Part shown: positions 1 through 11,680 of the stretch, in pieces
Layout of the letters: every line of letters begins with the position of its first letter
Position numbering within the stretch: position 1 is the first letter of the stretch
NCBI GenBank assembly: GCA_041650295.1
Contig: JBAZLM010000001.1
Coordinates: 318-64,317, forward strand
Direction: 5' to 3'
Source: Candidatus Omnitrophota bacterium
Lineage (GTDB): Bacteria; Omnitrophota; Gorgyraeia; Gygaellales; Profunditerraquicolaceae
DNA length: 64,000 nt
Translations under genes and position numbers: made by a program
Notes under the pieces: generated by a model
The model's database searches: none
Told to the model about the DNA's origin: nothing
What the model saw: the letters and a program-made list of their open reading frames with translations, nothing else

Positions 1-363
1 CAACAGCACGACTAACCACAATTCTAATCTCAGCTTTATTTAAAGGCTTATTAATATAACCGTAGGCACCGGCCTCTAGTGCTTCAATCGCCGAACTAAT
101 AAATGCATACGCAGTCAAAACGACGACGTTAGTTTTTGGAGAAATTTTATGCACCGCTAAAGTTAAATCCACTCCGTTCATCTCGGTAGAGCGCAGTGGC
201 GCAATCACGACCGCAAAATAGTTACTGCGCATTAATTCTAAAGCCTCTTGTGGTCGACTCGCCACCCAAGTATTATACCCAAGAGATTTTAAAGTGCTTT
301 CTAAAATTAAAGCTTCAGCCGCATCATTTTCAATAATTAAAATATTATATTCACCGCTCATTG
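1..363 (-). CDS. CheY-like response-regulator receiver-domain protein. Partial: the C-terminus runs off the window start.
   Basis: Reverse translation from the ATG at 363..361 gives MSGEYNILIIENDAAEALILESTLKSLGYNTWVA...VVVLTAYAFISSAIEALEAGAYGYINKP. This is the REC-domain pattern: acidic pocket, then T/S, then K. Confidence 0.7.
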
Positions 364-468
364 CCACTTCCTAATCTTGATATTTACTAAATAATAAAAA
401 ATCCCCGTAGAGACTCATCAAAAGAATACCTAGAGGGACAGTCGTACTGCCAATATAATTGTGAAAAA

Positions 469-1194
469 CTACTCCTGAGGTTTCTGCTCAGCTTCAAGTT
501 TACTTTGCCTCTGCCAGATAAAGAAAAATCCTGCCCCCAACACTCCTAAAAAGATAATAATAAATAAAATAATCTTCCAGGTAAATCTGGCAAATCCTTT
601 AGGACCAACTTCGGCTAATAAAGTTTTAGCGGCTAACAGATCTGCCTTAGCCGAACTTAATAAACTCATCGAATTGCGATAATTGGAGATATGATATCCT
701 GGACTAGCCGAGGAGGCCTGCTGCATCTGAGTAACCTCTTGCAGTTTTTTATCAATACTTTGATAAAACACATTGCCTTTTTCCGCACTACCAGCTTTTT
801 TAAAAGACTCTAACAGATCTTTAGCCTCTTGACGTAAATTAGCAATTTGTAATTCATCAATCACCCAAATATCCTTAAGTTCGATTAACTTTTCTAAAAC
901 TTCTTTGGGCTTAAGATTATACTCACCATAAATATAATAGGATCCTTGCTGAGTATCATAACCAACTTCTAGATCTTCTTTATAAATAATATCTTCTGGC
1001 TTAGTCTCTACCGGTAGATAAACTTTAACCGGAACAGTCTGCTCGGTATCTGCCGGATTAACCGCCATCACCCGCAAAGTAATCGCTGCAAAAGAGGTTT
1101 GAATTAAGGAAAAAAAACAGATTAGGAATAATAATAGATAGGAAAAAATTGACTTACCAACTGCATTAGATTGGCTAGATAATTTAGTAATCAT
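469..1194 (-). CDS. Hypothetical membrane-anchored protein, 241 aa.
   Basis: The six-frame ORF has an N-terminal hydrophobic signal/anchor (FSYLLLFLICFFSLIQTSFA) and a C-terminal TM helix. No recognisable family. Confidence 0.45.
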   Translation of the reverse strand: MITKLSSQSNAVGKSIFSYLLLFLICFFSLIQTSFAAITLRVMAVNPADTEQTVPVKVYLPVETKPEDIIYKEDLEVGYDTQQGSYYIYGEYNLKPKEVLEKLIELKDIWVIDELQIANLRQEAKDLLESFKKAGSAEKGNVFYQSIDKKLQEVTQMQQASSASPGYHISNYRNSMSLLSSAKADLLAAKTLLAEVGPKGFARFTWKIILFIIIFLGVLGAGFFFIWQRQSKLEAEQKPQE

Positions 1195-1295
1195 TAGTGA
1201 TATTGTAGCATAATTTTTTAATAATTTTACAATAATTTTTTTATAAAAATAGCTAAATTATTCAGTGTTTCTTGCGACTTAACTTGCCCGAATTA

Positions 1296-1335
1296 GAAAG
1301 GTGACGCATCACCTTTTTTGTGACTGTCACCTTTC
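1296..1335. terminator. Long palindromic hairpin 38 nt downstream of the giant gene stop; likely a factor-independent or bidirectional terminator.
   Basis: The sequence gaaaggtgacgcatcaccttttttgtgactgtcacctttc has 10-bp outer arms. The inner stem ggtga/tcacc is followed by a T-run on the plus strand and a T-rich stretch on the minus strand. Confidence 0.35.
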
Positions 1336-1372
1336 TTATCCTAGCCTTACCTAAACAATTATTCTTCTAAAA

Positions 1373-4300
1373 TTACTTATATTCAAACCAGGTTTCCACC
1401 ACCGGCTTATTAGCCACTCCTTGCATTAACTTTTGATTAAGATCCATCGCGGCTTTTAACTCTTCACTCTTGTTCTTAATATAAGTTATATCATTTTTCT
1501 TATCTTGCGAAACCGCATAAAGTTTTTCTAAGTTAATTCCAGTACTTCCACCGATATCTTTAAGCTGCTTGCTAATTTCTTCAATCTGCTTAAAGGCGGT
1601 GACCATATCATTAGCCGCCGCTTTAGTATCGCCGAGTTTACCAGAAATATCCGTACTAATCTTAGATAGCAATTTATCCATATCAGTAAATTTCGTACCC
1701 ATATCACCGACGATTTTATTCATCCCGGTTAAGCCAGTAGTTGAACCTAGAACCGCCGAGACATTTCCGGAGACATCGCTGATATCTACATCCTTAACGC
1801 TGATTACGGTGGCATCTACAGTACCTTTAGTAGACTCTGAACAAACTACACTGAAATCACCCGTACCCCAAGCTTCGAGGAAAGTTACGCTAGCTTCATA
1901 AATACCGGTAGTACCCACCTCAGTCATTGCTTTAGAAGTGACCAACAGTACATCAGCCGGACTATAAACATTTAATTTAGGAGCTAGCCCAGTTTCCGTA
2001 CGATAACGAATCGTCACTGCCGAGCCGATTTTAACGGAACTTTCACGATTAATAATTCCGCTCTTAACAAACGGCTTGACCTGATCGACTACTTCTGTTT
2101 TTACATCGGCAATTTTGGTAGCTAGCGAATCCGTGCCGGTAGCGGTAAGAATCTGCGCCGTCTCCGCTTTTACTCCGGCCACACTTTCACGGATACTATC
2201 AGATTCTGTACCCACCTTACTCTCAATAGAGGAAGCTGCGGCCGTAACTGCGCTTCTGGTCGTAGCTGCTTCAGAAGAAATTAAGGTTTGCGCATTCAAC
2301 ACTTGAGTTTTAATCGTATCCGTTACTTCTTTTAATTTTTCACTCACCGCAATTGTAAAGGTCGTCCCACCTTGATAAGTGTAACGAGCATCTGAAGCAG
2401 CACTAGTGCCGCCGTAAGGAATCTTACAACGGGCATAATAAGTTTTACCTGCTTCCAAAGTTAACAATTTTGGCGTACCTGCAGTAGTAATGTAAGGCAC
2501 GGACTTTTGATAAAATCCGATTCTAGCAGTTTCGGCTAAAGCCGAATCATCATTTTGTCCTGGATCAGCGGCTGTATTAAACGTCAGTGTTTGCCAAGTA
2601 TTAGAGTCATCATCGTAAATTTCAACTGTGGCATCCCCAACTTTATTATCGGCAGCATTGGTAATCATCTTACCGCGGCGTTCTAACCACAAGCGAATAT
2701 TCAAAACATCCGTGCCACTCTTTAAAGTTGTGCCATCGGCTTCATAAACCGGCTCTAAATAAACAAAGCTGCTCTTAACCTGATAATCGGCCGAGGCCTC
2801 AATGGTAGAAGTCAGATACCCGGTCCAATGGATTATATTATCCACCGTTCCGTCGGCAGCATCTTCTAAACTAGTCGGTATCTTTGTTTCTGATTTAGAG
2901 ACATAGGCATCTTTGGCCGCTTGAAAAACATAACCGGCGGCCGCATAATCTAAAACAATATCATCAAATGTGCCGTCTTTAGTTTCACTATACTCAGTGG
3001 CACCAGAACCATTATAAATTGTTAACGTCACTGCTGATAATGTAGTTAAGGTTGCAGAATCTTTAACTGTATAATGAATCATAAACTCTCGGGTAATTAC
3101 GATCGCTTTATTTGCCCCTAAAGAACCAGAGGCACCCGGGCTAGGTAATGTTAAATTCGCGGCATTACCGGCAACATCCACGATTGATCCACTATTAAGC
3201 GCTAACGCAGTAGTGCCGACATAATCCAGATCCGCAGATTCATTACCCAAAGCTACAGTGTAATTAAAAAGTAACTCTGTCGTACCCGAGCCACTCACAT
3301 AATTAACCGCAGTCGTAGTCGGATACCCCGTAGATAAAGAAATTTGCGGCGTGCCGCTTACCGTAACCGCTTCGCTAAATGTAACCGTAATCGGAATAAC
3401 TTGACCTGCTTTATATGTACCATTGGCTAAAGTCGAAGAAATTCCACTAACTGTCGGAGCAGTATTATCCACAGTTAAAGTAGCCGTAGATGGCGCAGAG
3501 ATATTGCCAGCTGCGTCAACCACATATAATTTATAATCTCCTGCGGTAGCTGGGGCAAGCATAGTAGTTGGCCTACCATCAACAGCTTTAGTCATCGTTG
3601 CGCCAGCAACAAATGTAGTTGTACCTAGCGGAGCAAACCAAACACTATCTGATCGATCGCCGCCGGCACCAGTAAGTGTCACACTAGCTCCGCCCGGTTT
3701 AGAAACACTCGCGGCAAAAATAGAATCCTGATTAATCGGTGCAAAATTATCAACAAATAAACTAGTAATTGCCGGCTCAGAAATATTTCCCGCAGCATCA
3801 ACCACGTATAAATAATAAGTTTCAGATTCTAACGGAGCCAGAATTGTCGTAGCTATTCCACTAGCCGCTTTAGTCATTGTTGATCCTTCAACAAATACCG
3901 TTGTCCCGTATGGTGCAAACCAAACATTATTCGTAGCATCACCAGAACTAACTATTGTTACACTATCTCCGCCTTTTTTTCTGATACCTTGATTACTGGC
4001 ATCAAAAACAACATCTTGATTTGTCGGTGCAGTATTATCTACCGTTAAAGTAGCGGTTGAGGCAGCTGAACGATTACCGGCAGCGTCCACTACGTATAAT
4101 TTATAACCATTAATCGCTGGAGTCCAAGCAGCATTAGCTAAAATTTCGTTTAACAATGCATCATTTGATCCAGATTGGATTGTAAACCCTGAAAAATCCG
4201 GAAGCTCTGCATAGGTCAAAAAAGCTACTTCACCATTTATGAAGCTGTACCAACCCATGGGCATAATTACACCTTCCCCAAAATTTAATTCCGTAGCAAC

Positions 4301-7300
4301 ATGTATATAGAAATCTGAACCTAAACTTAAATCTGTTGTAACAAGCGTAATGCTTGCATCTGCAGGTTCCTGATCAATATCACCAGCCTTACCGCTAGCA
4401 ATGTACCAAGTTACAGACTCTGGACTCTCTAGGTATACAAAGCGATTCGTGCCAGTATATAATGCTCCGTTAGGATTCAAGTATAGATTTGGATATGTTC
4501 CGGCAGATAAAGTTGTTCCCGCGGTTGTATAAGATGCCCATTCATTAGCAGGAGCCAAAATTGTCGTGGCTGTACCACTAGCGGCTTTAGTCATAATAGA
4601 ATCTTCGACAAACACAGTTGTGCCGTTAGGGGCAAACCAAACACTGTTCGTGGCATCGCCAGAACTAGCAATAGTTACACTGGCCCCACCCTGTTTAGAA
4701 ACACTATTTGGAAATACTTCATCTTGATTCGTCGGTGCGGTAAAATCAACAGTTAAAGTGGCTGCAGATGGATTAGAGACATTACCTACCGCATCAATAA
4801 CATATAGTTTATAATCACCTTCATCTGCAGGAGACTTAATTGTGGTAGCCGTTCCACCAGCAGTAGTCATCGTCGCACTAGCCACAAAGTTTGTGGTTCC
4901 TGACGGAGCAAACCAAATATCATTAGTAGCATCCTCAGAACTCACTATAGTTACATCCACATCACCTTTTTTAGAAACATTTTCAGAAAAAACCGTATCC
5001 TGATTAGTCGGGGCGGTACTATCTACGGTTAAGATCGCTGCAGACGGAGCAGAAATATTACCAGCCGCATCCGTAATATATAATCTATAACTACCATCGG
5101 TTGTAGGAGCAATAATCGAAGTTGCTACACCACTTGCGGCTTTAGTTATAGTAGTAGCATTTGCCACAAAAGCCGTAGTCCCTAGCGGAGCAAACCAAAT
5201 ATTATCTTCAGCAACGCCTGAACTAACCAACGTAACCGTATCTCCGCCCTTAACCGTTAAATCTGCGGCGAAAACCGGATTATTATTAAAATCTTTTAAA
5301 CAACGCACACTAAAACCAAAAACATACGGAAGACCCATTGTCTGATAACCGCTTCCACCAGCATTAGTCAACAATCGACCTTCTTCCCCGCCCACCCATG
5401 CCCAATCATTAGAGAGAGAGCTACTCCAGTAACCACCAATAGAACCTCTGTAAAACATAAACCATGGTCCAGTAGTCGATCCATCAAAACCAATGGCTCC
5501 CGCATTATGAATTTTTAATCCTGAGCTATATAAATTACCATAATAAGGTGCCATCGGAGGTGTTGCAGCCAACGAATCCCAACCCTCAAAATTGGTTACA
5601 GTTTCAGTAAAAACATCACTAGCAACATGTTTATAATAAGCAGTCCCCTCGCCGCCTTCAGTTAGAAGAACTACCGCATATCCTTCTGCCGGAGCATCAT
5701 CAAGATTTTCACCACTCGTCCAGGCTAAATTTAATTTAAAATTTTCCCCCGTATCATCACTCAACACTGTCATCAGATCCTCTGAAATTGCTGAATAAAC
5801 CTTAGCTGAATCTGATGCCGTTCTATACCCAAGAATAAGAAAAATAAATGTCGTATTTTTAAACTCACTTGCTGGGTCATATACTATTTGACTGCCGTCA
5901 TCACTCGGAGAACGAACACTGTCAATCAACGGCTCTCCACTATTCATGCTTGCAGCTAATGCTTCTAATTCTGTGCCTGTAGGTAAACGCCATCCCTCTC
6001 CTAGTTCTAACGCGCAAGGATCCTGCGCAGAGCTCCAATTGCTTAGTTCTCCATCCGGAACATCACCAAAATCATAAGGAGATGGCTCCGGCCAGGTCGG
6101 AATAGTGAGCACAGTATCATTATTATATTTATATCCTTGTTTACGACCATATTGCCAATACCAACCTGCGGCAACCTCAGTATCATCTTCTATCGAAACC
6201 GCTTCACTCTCAGCGCCAAGATTTTGGGTAATCCAACATTTCTCCTCCCCTGAAAGCGTAGAAGCTACTGTTTTATAAGTAATCTCTTTAACCTCCGGCG
6301 CTACGCCATTGGCCAAAGTATGAGGTATAACTAAATCACTTCCACAAGTATAAGGTGAAAAATTTCCCGGAGCTAAAGTGTCAACGTTAATAGTAGCGAC
6401 GGCAGATTGTACGGTATTAGCAGCGTCAGCAACATAAATAATTATATCAACTGTCCCGGGACTAGAATTACTAGAATTAGCGGCTTCGGCAATTAAACTC
6501 GCAATGCTTTGCGCATCTCCGGTCAAAGTATATTGAGTAGAAGGAGCAGACATGGCTACTGCTTCCACATTACTAATAGATCCACTTTGAGAGCCACCTT
6601 CTCCCGTAGAAATAGAAAAATGAGCATCTACATTACTAAGATAATAAGCCACCGGCGAGTTAAAAGTAATTGTAAATCCGGTATTAGAGCTATTAATATA
6701 CCCCGGAACGACATTACCTCCGGTAGCCGTAAAGGTAATATCTGTAGGAACGCTAGGTAACACTGTCGTTAAAGTCCCTGTGGATGGACTAGAAACATTT
6801 CCTGCTGCATCCTTAACATATAATTTATATTCTCCCGGAGCACCAGGTGCCAGCATGGAAGTTGAGGTACCAGTAGTCATCGTCATATAGGTATAAGGAT
6901 ATTCATTAACAAAATTTGTCGTGCCAGCCGGAGCAAACCAAATGCTATTTGTCGCATCTCCTGAGCTATTTATGGAAACTATAGATTTTCCTTGTAGGGT
7001 AACGCTTTCTGTAAAAACTTCATTCTGATTATCCGGAACAGTCGCATCTAAAGTAGCAGTAATAATAATTTCCGAAGGAACCGGGGTATTAATCGAATAA
7101 ATTTTATCATCAGAACTAAATCCGGTTAAATCTTCCGGCCAAGTCGTTGCGGTTAGACTTAAACCCGAATTAGATGCAGGAGTACCATCATCAAAATAAA
7201 TTACAAGATCGGCATTGCCTGAAGCCTTAGCCACCAAAGCATACTGTTGCGCAGTCAAATTTAAAGCATCAGTATACGACCCATTAAACCAACCAATACT

Positions 7301-8395
7301 ACTTACCGAAACAACCGCTGGAGTTGCCGTTGAACCAACTAACTGCCCGTCACTAATACGATAAATCGCATAATCAATATTACTGGCTGTACCAGAACTA
7401 GAATTTTGTAAATAAGCCGCAGTGCTGGTAACTTCCGTTGGCCCAGAGGCGGTAAATACTGAACCAACCATTGTACCGTTTAAAGCTACGGAGCTTGCGC
7501 CAATACTAGTGTATCCAAACTCCGGATCAACCACCACCGGATAAACCGCATTATCTAGCCAATTACTATCAATGGTAATTTTTAATGCACTTGATTCTGG
7601 ATCAATGTTTAAATCTCCCCAAACCCATTTGCCATTAGCATCTACAATCTTAGGTCGATAGATATGAAAGGCTTTACCGGTACCATATTTTCCTTCTTTT
7701 TTACTTTCATGATAAACTGCATAAGAGCCCTCAATTTCATCGGGACGCACTACTCCGGCAGCTTTCTCATCATCAGTTAAAGGTTTTTGATAATAAAATT
7801 TTAAACCTTTACTTTGAATGGGTAAGCTAATCACATTAGATACCGGACGCTCATAGAGCACCACTTCAAACTCAAAACCACCATTGGGACTTAAAACTGA
7901 GGATCGCTCTTTATTTTTTCCGTCTTTACTCTTAACTGTCCTTTTATCTGTTTTATAAAAACCGGCACCGATCTTTGTTGTATCCCAACCTATTCGATCT
8001 GATTTTAAATCCGCAGTTGCGTTCTGTCCGGAAAGATCTCCCTGATCCAGGGCAACCTTTAAATAAGCTTCTTCACCCCAACGTTTAATTTTGACCTCTG
8101 GCTTAAATTTTGAGCTAGAGAAATCACCCACCTCAGCTTTATCGCTACCAAAAGCAACTTCATATTTTTTATTATTCCGGCCTTTTCCGGCTTGCTCTTT
8201 AATCGCTTCTTTTACCGGTTGGGGCAATAAGGATCTGGTCTTTTCCGTAACATTTTTCTTCTCTCCAGAAACTAAAATTCTGGCTTTTGCTGAAAGCGGA
8301 GAGACCAAAGAAAATAAAAGACAAAACAATAAAAGCAGATAAATCACAACTTTTCCTTGTTTATTATTTTTAACTTTCTCGATTAATTTAATCAT
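1373..8395 (-). CDS. Giant exported surface protein, 2340 aa. It has a signal peptide, a Fibrobacter-succinogenes-major-paralogous-type domain, about 6-7 tandem ~95-aa Ig-like repeats, further Ig-like domains and a coiled-coil C-terminus.
   Basis: One uninterrupted ORF with a strong RBS (AGAGGTGGAG) before the ATG at 8395. The N-terminal h-region is [21 protein letters not shown]. Repeat motifs NxIWFAP(A/L)GTTxFV...YKLYVxDAAGNxSxPSxATLTVDxTAPTNQD recur about 6 times. The block CWITQNLG...[12 protein letters not shown]...[22 protein letters not shown]...GYWSSSLS...FSVRC matches the TIGR02145-like paralogous domain. A BIG_3-like segment reads [29 protein letters not shown]. Confidence 0.85.
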   Translation of the reverse strand: MIKLIEKVKNNKQGKVVIYLLLLFCLLFSLVSPLSAKARILVSGEKKNVTEKTRSLLPQPVKEAIKEQAGKGRNNKKYEVAFGSDKAEVGDFSSSKFKPEVKIKRWGEEAYLKVALDQGDLSGQNATADLKSDRIGWDTTKIGAGFYKTDKRTVKSKDGKNKERSSVLSPNGGFEFEVVLYERPVSNVISLPIQSKGLKFYYQKPLTDDEKAAGVVRPDEIEGSYAVYHESKKEGKYGTGKAFHIYRPKIVDANGKWVWGDLNIDPESSALKITIDSNWLDNAVYPVVVDPEFGYTSIGASSVALNGTMVGSVFTASGPTEVTSTAAYLQNSSSGTASNIDYAIYRISDGQLVGSTATPAVVSVSSIGWFNGSYTDALNLTAQQYALVAKASGNADLVIYFDDGTPASNSGLSLTATTWPEDLTGFSSDDKIYSINTPVPSEIIITATLDATVPDNQNEVFTESVTLQGKSIVSINSSGDATNSIWFAPAGTTNFVNEYPYTYMTMTTGTSTSMLAPGAPGEYKLYVKDAAGNVSSPSTGTLTTVLPSVPTDITFTATGGNVVPGYINSSNTGFTITFNSPVAYYLSNVDAHFSISTGEGGSQSGSISNVEAVAMSAPSTQYTLTGDAQSIASLIAEAANSSNSSPGTVDIIIYVADAANTVQSAVATINVDTLAPGNFSPYTCGSDLVIPHTLANGVAPEVKEITYKTVASTLSGEEKCWITQNLGAESEAVSIEDDTEVAAGWYWQYGRKQGYKYNNDTVLTIPTWPEPSPYDFGDVPDGELSNWSSAQDPCALELGEGWRLPTGTELEALAASMNSGEPLIDSVRSPSDDGSQIVYDPASEFKNTTFIFLILGYRTASDSAKVYSAISEDLMTVLSDDTGENFKLNLAWTSGENLDDAPAEGYAVVLLTEGGEGTAYYKHVASDVFTETVTNFEGWDSLAATPPMAPYYGNLYSSGLKIHNAGAIGFDGSTTGPWFMFYRGSIGGYWSSSLSNDWAWVGGEEGRLLTNAGGSGYQTMGLPYVFGFSVRCLKDFNNNPVFAADLTVKGGDTVTLVSSGVAEDNIWFAPLGTTAFVANATTITKAASGVATSIIAPTTDGSYRLYITDAAGNISAPSAAILTVDSTAPTNQDTVFSENVSKKGDVDVTIVSSEDATNDIWFAPSGTTNFVASATMTTAGGTATTIKSPADEGDYKLYVIDAVGNVSNPSAATLTVDFTAPTNQDEVFPNSVSKQGGASVTIASSGDATNSVWFAPNGTTVFVEDSIMTKAASGTATTILAPANEWASYTTAGTTLSAGTYPNLYLNPNGALYTGTNRFVYLESPESVTWYIASGKAGDIDQEPADASITLVTTDLSLGSDFYIHVATELNFGEGVIMPMGWYSFINGEVAFLTYAELPDFSGFTIQSGSNDALLNEILANAAWTPAINGYKLYVVDAAGNRSAASTATLTVDNTAPTNQDVVFDASNQGIRKKGGDSVTIVSSGDATNNVWFAPYGTTVFVEGSTMTKAASGIATTILAPLESETYYLYVVDAAGNISEPAITSLFVDNFAPINQDSIFAASVSKPGGASVTLTGAGGDRSDSVWFAPLGTTTFVAGATMTKAVDGRPTTMLAPATAGDYKLYVVDAAGNISAPSTATLTVDNTAPTVSGISSTLANGTYKAGQVIPITVTFSEAVTVSGTPQISLSTGYPTTTAVNYVSGSGTTELLFNYTVALGNESADLDYVGTTALALNSGSIVDVAGNAANLTLPSPGASGSLGANKAIVITREFMIHYTVKDSATLTTLSAVTLTIYNGSGATEYSETKDGTFDDIVLDYAAAGYVFQAAKDAYVSKSETKIPTSLEDAADGTVDNIIHWTGYLTSTIEASADYQVKSSFVYLEPVYEADGTTLKSGTDVLNIRLWLERRGKMITNAADNKVGDATVEIYDDDSNTWQTLTFNTAADPGQNDDSALAETARIGFYQKSVPYITTAGTPKLLTLEAGKTYYARCKIPYGGTSAASDARYTYQGGTTFTIAVSEKLKEVTDTIKTQVLNAQTLISSEAATTRSAVTAAASSIESKVGTESDSIRESVAGVKAETAQILTATGTDSLATKIADVKTEVVDQVKPFVKSGIINRESSVKIGSAVTIRYRTETGLAPKLNVYSPADVLLVTSKAMTEVGTTGIYEASVTFLEAWGTGDFSVVCSESTKGTVDATVISVKDVDISDVSGNVSAVLGSTTGLTGMNKIVGDMGTKFTDMDKLLSKISTDISGKLGDTKAAANDMVTAFKQIEEISKQLKDIGGSTGINLEKLYAVSQDKKNDITYIKNKSEELKAAMDLNQKLMQGVANKPVVETWFEYK

Positions 8396-8490
8396 CTCTC
8401 CACCTCTTAGTTAAAATATAACATGTAATTGCTTATTTCCGCAATTGACAAACTACTCAATTTCCTTGCACAAATTACTCTATTTTCAGT

Positions 8491-8553
8491 GTCATTGCGA
8501 GCAATCTTGGTTCTTAGTTTGCTTCGTCGCGCTTCGCGCTCCTCGCAAAGACG
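8491..8553. repeat. Degenerate copy of the widespread palindromic 'GTCATTGCGAGG...GACGAAGCAATC' repeat family; intergenic.
   Basis: Sequence is gtcattgcgagcaatcttggttcttagtttgcttcgtcgcgcttcgcgctcctcgcaaagac. It shares its arms with the copies at 11615, 15094 and 40222. Confidence 0.7.
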
Positions 8554-8558
8554 AAATA

Positions 8559-10019
8559 TTACTTTAAATTTTTAATTAATTCTTCAAAACTTACCGGCAC
8601 AGCGGTAATTGTATTATTCTTACTGCCGATTAAAAACATCGCCGGTGTACTTAAGATCGCATATTTTTTAGCAACCACGCTATTTACCCCTTCTTTAGCT
8701 TGTAAATGTTTCCAAGCCGATAACGGAATAATTGCCTTCTCCCATTTTTCTACTCCCACAGGCACTTCATCTAAATTAATTGCCATAATCTCAAGTTTTA
8801 ATTTATGCTCTGGTTGACTGTGCCACTTTTGCAGCTGCTCCACCAATTCTATGCAACTAACACAACTAGTGGTCCAAAACAAAATTAATTTTTGTGCAGT
8901 CTTAGGCTTCCATTGATGCAGTTGAAACTCCTTACCTTTATTATCAAGCATGGTAAAATCCGGAGCTTTAGCTCCAGGAATCAATCTCTTCATCCCTTCC
9001 AATCGCTGCAGAATCTGCTGTTTTTTAGAAGTTAAACATTTAGGATTTTTAATATGCTCTTCTAGTATGGTCATACCTTTATTTATCCCATAGGTTTCAT
9101 ATCCAGAATAAAAATAATCGACTATCCAGCCATAAACTTGACCATCTCCGCTAGATGCTTTTTCACAAGCCACTTGACCCGCTTGCGTAAAAAGCGTATC
9201 GCGCGATTCGACGGTTTTGGCCTGCATTCCATATAAACCCATATAAGTGTCCATAAACTTGGAAAGCTCGCGAGAGCGAATAATCAACGGATCATTAAAA
9301 TTTATCCCTTCAAAATAATTTTTTAATAATTGATTTAAACGCTCTTTTTCATTCCCGCCGGAAGCTAACTCCGGAATATATTGAAATTGAAAAAGGTGGC
9401 TCACATATAGCTGCTGATGAATTTTAGCTTGCTCTAACAGCCAGTTATTATATTCTACTCTGCGCTGGTTAAACTCTTTTATTCCTTGCTGATAAAAATC
9501 CGTAGTTACACGGTCATAATTTAATAAGAATTGGCGCAGCAAATCTAACGGCTTACGCTTAGCGGCATTTCCTTTTATAAACTCCGCATAAACCGTATTT
9601 TCTTTTTCATCCGCATTAAATTTAGTTTTTTGATTGTTATTGATATAGGGAGGATTAACAAATATCTCAACATTTTGCCGATTAAGATAAATAATTCTTT
9701 CGGCTGGATAGGGGACATCTTTTTCCTTTTTTCGGTAATCAACTCTGAGTAAAAATTCACCCGGTAAATATTTTCCCGGCACTTTAATCATTGTTGATTT
9801 ACCATTTAATACACTGGGCACTTGAGCAATCAAATCAGAAGTTTTTAGTCCTTTAAATGATTTAAGTGAAACTTTAGCGTCAAATACCCCCTCAATGTGC
9901 ACAACAAGTTGGCGTTCTCGAAAATCTTTTTTTACCCCTGCACTAGCAGAAACTGTGCTAGTTGTAAATATAAGTATCAATATGCCTGCATAAATTATCC
10001 GGAAAATTTTGTATACCAT
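8559..10019 (-). CDS. TlpA-like thiol-disulfide oxidoreductase (thioredoxin fold) with an N-terminal domain of unknown function; signal peptide.
   Basis: The C-terminal region reads APDFTMLDNKGKEF...KLILFWTTSCVSCIELV. This is the CxxC motif in the Trx/TlpA context: ...LILFW..C..C. N-terminal signal is ILILIFTTSTVSASA. Confidence 0.7.
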   Translation of the reverse strand: MVYKIFRIIYAGILILIFTTSTVSASAGVKKDFRERQLVVHIEGVFDAKVSLKSFKGLKTSDLIAQVPSVLNGKSTMIKVPGKYLPGEFLLRVDYRKKEKDVPYPAERIIYLNRQNVEIFVNPPYINNNQKTKFNADEKENTVYAEFIKGNAAKRKPLDLLRQFLLNYDRVTTDFYQQGIKEFNQRRVEYNNWLLEQAKIHQQLYVSHLFQFQYIPELASGGNEKERLNQLLKNYFEGINFNDPLIIRSRELSKFMDTYMGLYGMQAKTVESRDTLFTQAGQVACEKASSGDGQVYGWIVDYFYSGYETYGINKGMTILEEHIKNPKCLTSKKQQILQRLEGMKRLIPGAKAPDFTMLDNKGKEFQLHQWKPKTAQKLILFWTTSCVSCIELVEQLQKWHSQPEHKLKLEIMAINLDEVPVGVEKWEKAIIPLSAWKHLQAKEGVNSVVAKKYAILSTPAMFLIGSKNNTITAVPVSFEELIKNLK

Positions 10020-10077
10020 ATTAATTATCCTATTTTTTATTCTTTATCTTCTACCAGTAATATATAATTCATAATTA

Positions 10078-11139
10078 TTAATCTTTAATACAACGCACAG
10101 GCGTTGCATATGACTTATAAACAGTGGTCACCAACACCCCTTCCCCCCCTAGATCCATTGCTAAAGCTTCAGCAAATCCTTCATCAGACTGACTACTACT
10201 CCAATAACCTGCAACAGTGCCTCTATCCAACAAATTACCGCTATTTAGAACCCCGGCATAATGAAGCTTCAAAACAGAAGAATATGCATCATTGGCCGCG
10301 CTCCAATCAGTATCACAACTCCTCCATTCAGCAGCAGTAGGCAAGCGCCAACCCGTACCTAACTCGATAGTACACGGATCGTTTTCTGCAACCCAATCGC
10401 TATCCTCACTTGTAAAATCAAGCCAAGCTGATGAAGGGGTCCGCGTGGTGCCATCATGCTTGTAACCCTGTTTACGATTAAACTGCCAATACCAGCCAGC
10501 ACAATTTTCAGTATCATCAGTTACTAAAACCGGCGCACCATAACTAGCCCCTAAATTAGAAGTGATCCAGCATTTATTTTCTCCGCTAAGATCTGATAAA
10601 ACTGTGTAATACTGTGTATACTTATCTTCTGGAGCAACACCGTTTGCAGCAGAATGATAAATTGAAATATCTTCTCCGCAAGTATAAGCCTGCCAGTTAA
10701 CCGCAGTTAAAGTTAAAGTTATTGTATGCTCCCCTTCCTCAGACCCAGCCGGAGGTGCTTTAAATCTAAGCCACAGAGGATATGATAGCCAAGCTCCAGA
10801 AACAAGCCTACTATTTGTGCTACCTATAAAACCTGTGCCATTATAAGAAATTTGAAACTGATTAATACTCGGTTCAACCGAAGTTGCTGCCCATGTTCCA
10901 GTAGAACTTGCTCTCACTATTAAATCTTGATTGCCTCCACTATCATTAGTAATAACCCAAGCTGGACGTGCAGATTCGCTATAACATGAGGCGCATGTCT
11001 GTCCAATATTCCAGGCATCGCCAGTAATTGAAATTGAGGCCCCGGCAAAAGCAAAAATAGTAAATCCTAACACACCACATAATGTCAGTAAACTTAAAAT
11101 AAAAAACTTTTTATTTTTGCACATTTTTGGCCTCCGCAT
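10078..11139 (-). CDS. Exported protein with a Fibrobacter-succinogenes-major-paralogous-type domain, 353 aa.
   Basis: Contains KCWITSNLG...AGWYWQFNRKQGY...DPCTIELGTGWRLPTAAEW...AGYWSSSQS...TPVRCIKD. This domain is paralogous to the one in the giant protein. Signal/lipoprotein-like N-terminus: FFILSLLTLCGV. Confidence 0.7.
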   Translation of the reverse strand: MRRPKMCKNKKFFILSLLTLCGVLGFTIFAFAGASISITGDAWNIGQTCASCYSESARPAWVITNDSGGNQDLIVRASSTGTWAATSVEPSINQFQISYNGTGFIGSTNSRLVSGAWLSYPLWLRFKAPPAGSEEGEHTITLTLTAVNWQAYTCGEDISIYHSAANGVAPEDKYTQYYTVLSDLSGENKCWITSNLGASYGAPVLVTDDTENCAGWYWQFNRKQGYKHDGTTRTPSSAWLDFTSEDSDWVAENDPCTIELGTGWRLPTAAEWRSCDTDWSAANDAYSSVLKLHYAGVLNSGNLLDRGTVAGYWSSSQSDEGFAEALAMDLGGEGVLVTTVYKSYATPVRCIKD

Positions 11140-11680
11140 AAGTAGCAGTAGAAAAATTTATCTTTATTTGGCCGGCCAAAACAAAAAGATCTTTTGGCTG
11201 CCTTTTTTTAGTTTTTATTTCAATCACCACTTGATATTTTTGCCCGGCATATTTTTTATCTTTTGGGATATTTATAAATAATTCAACCTCTTCAAAACTT
11301 TTTCCAGAAATTTTAATTTCTTTAACTTGTGGATAAATCCAAGCTGCTTGTGGGATATCGACATAACCGGCAGTTAACGGGGCCGTAGTTTGCTCATTAC
11401 GTAAAATCTCAATCGTATAAATACAGGATGTGGCATCTTTATTTATTATTTTTAATTTCATTTTTTCACCGGCTAAAGCCGAAACCGCTACCGGCTTACC
11501 CAGTGCGACATTCTCTACTAAAATTTCATCCGGCTCAACGGCTAGGCTTAAGGCAAAAGTTTTACTGGGTATAACAAAAACTAAAAACATAAATATTATT
11601 AGGAATAAAAACGAGATTGCTGCGTCGCCTTCGGCTCCTCGCAATGACGGATATTTAATTTTTTTTCTTAGCGCATTCAT
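11111..11680 (-). CDS. Hypothetical exported protein, 189 aa. It may instead start at the internal ATG at 11590 (159 aa).
   Basis: The ATG at 11680 overlaps the upstream stop (ATGA coupling). The N-region carries the repeat-derived peptide PSLRGAEGDAAIS, followed by a hydrophobic h-region and an ALSLA cleavage-like site. Confidence 0.5.
   Translation of the reverse strand: MNALRKKIKYPSLRGAEGDAAISFLFLIIFMFLVFVIPSKTFALSLAVEPDEILVENVALGKPVAVSALAGEKMKLKIINKDATSCIYTIEILRNEQTTAPLTAGYVDIPQAAWIYPQVKEIKISGKSFEEVELFINIPKDKKYAGQKYQVVIEIKTKKRQPKDLFVLAGQIKINFSTATYAEAKNVQK
11615..11648. repeat. Half-copy (one arm) of the palindromic repeat family, lying inside the 5' end of the 189-aa ORF.
   Basis: Sequence is gattgctgcgtcgccttcggctcctcgcaatgac. 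In the ORF frame it translates as SLRGAEGDAAIS. Confidence 0.7.

Noticed and set aside
1296-1335. The hairpin-plus-T-run as a plus-strand terminator of a plus-strand gene.
   Set aside because: No plus-strand gene ends upstream of it. It is more plausibly the bidirectional or minus-strand terminator of the giant gene.
1569-8342. Plus-strand ORFs (1569-1901, 2115-2306, 6509-6760, 8091-8342) inside the giant minus-strand gene.
   Set aside because: These are antisense shadow ORFs inside a clearly coding 7-kb gene. Their composition is low-complexity and Ser/Thr/Ala-rich, mirroring the sense-strand repeats. No RBS was seen.
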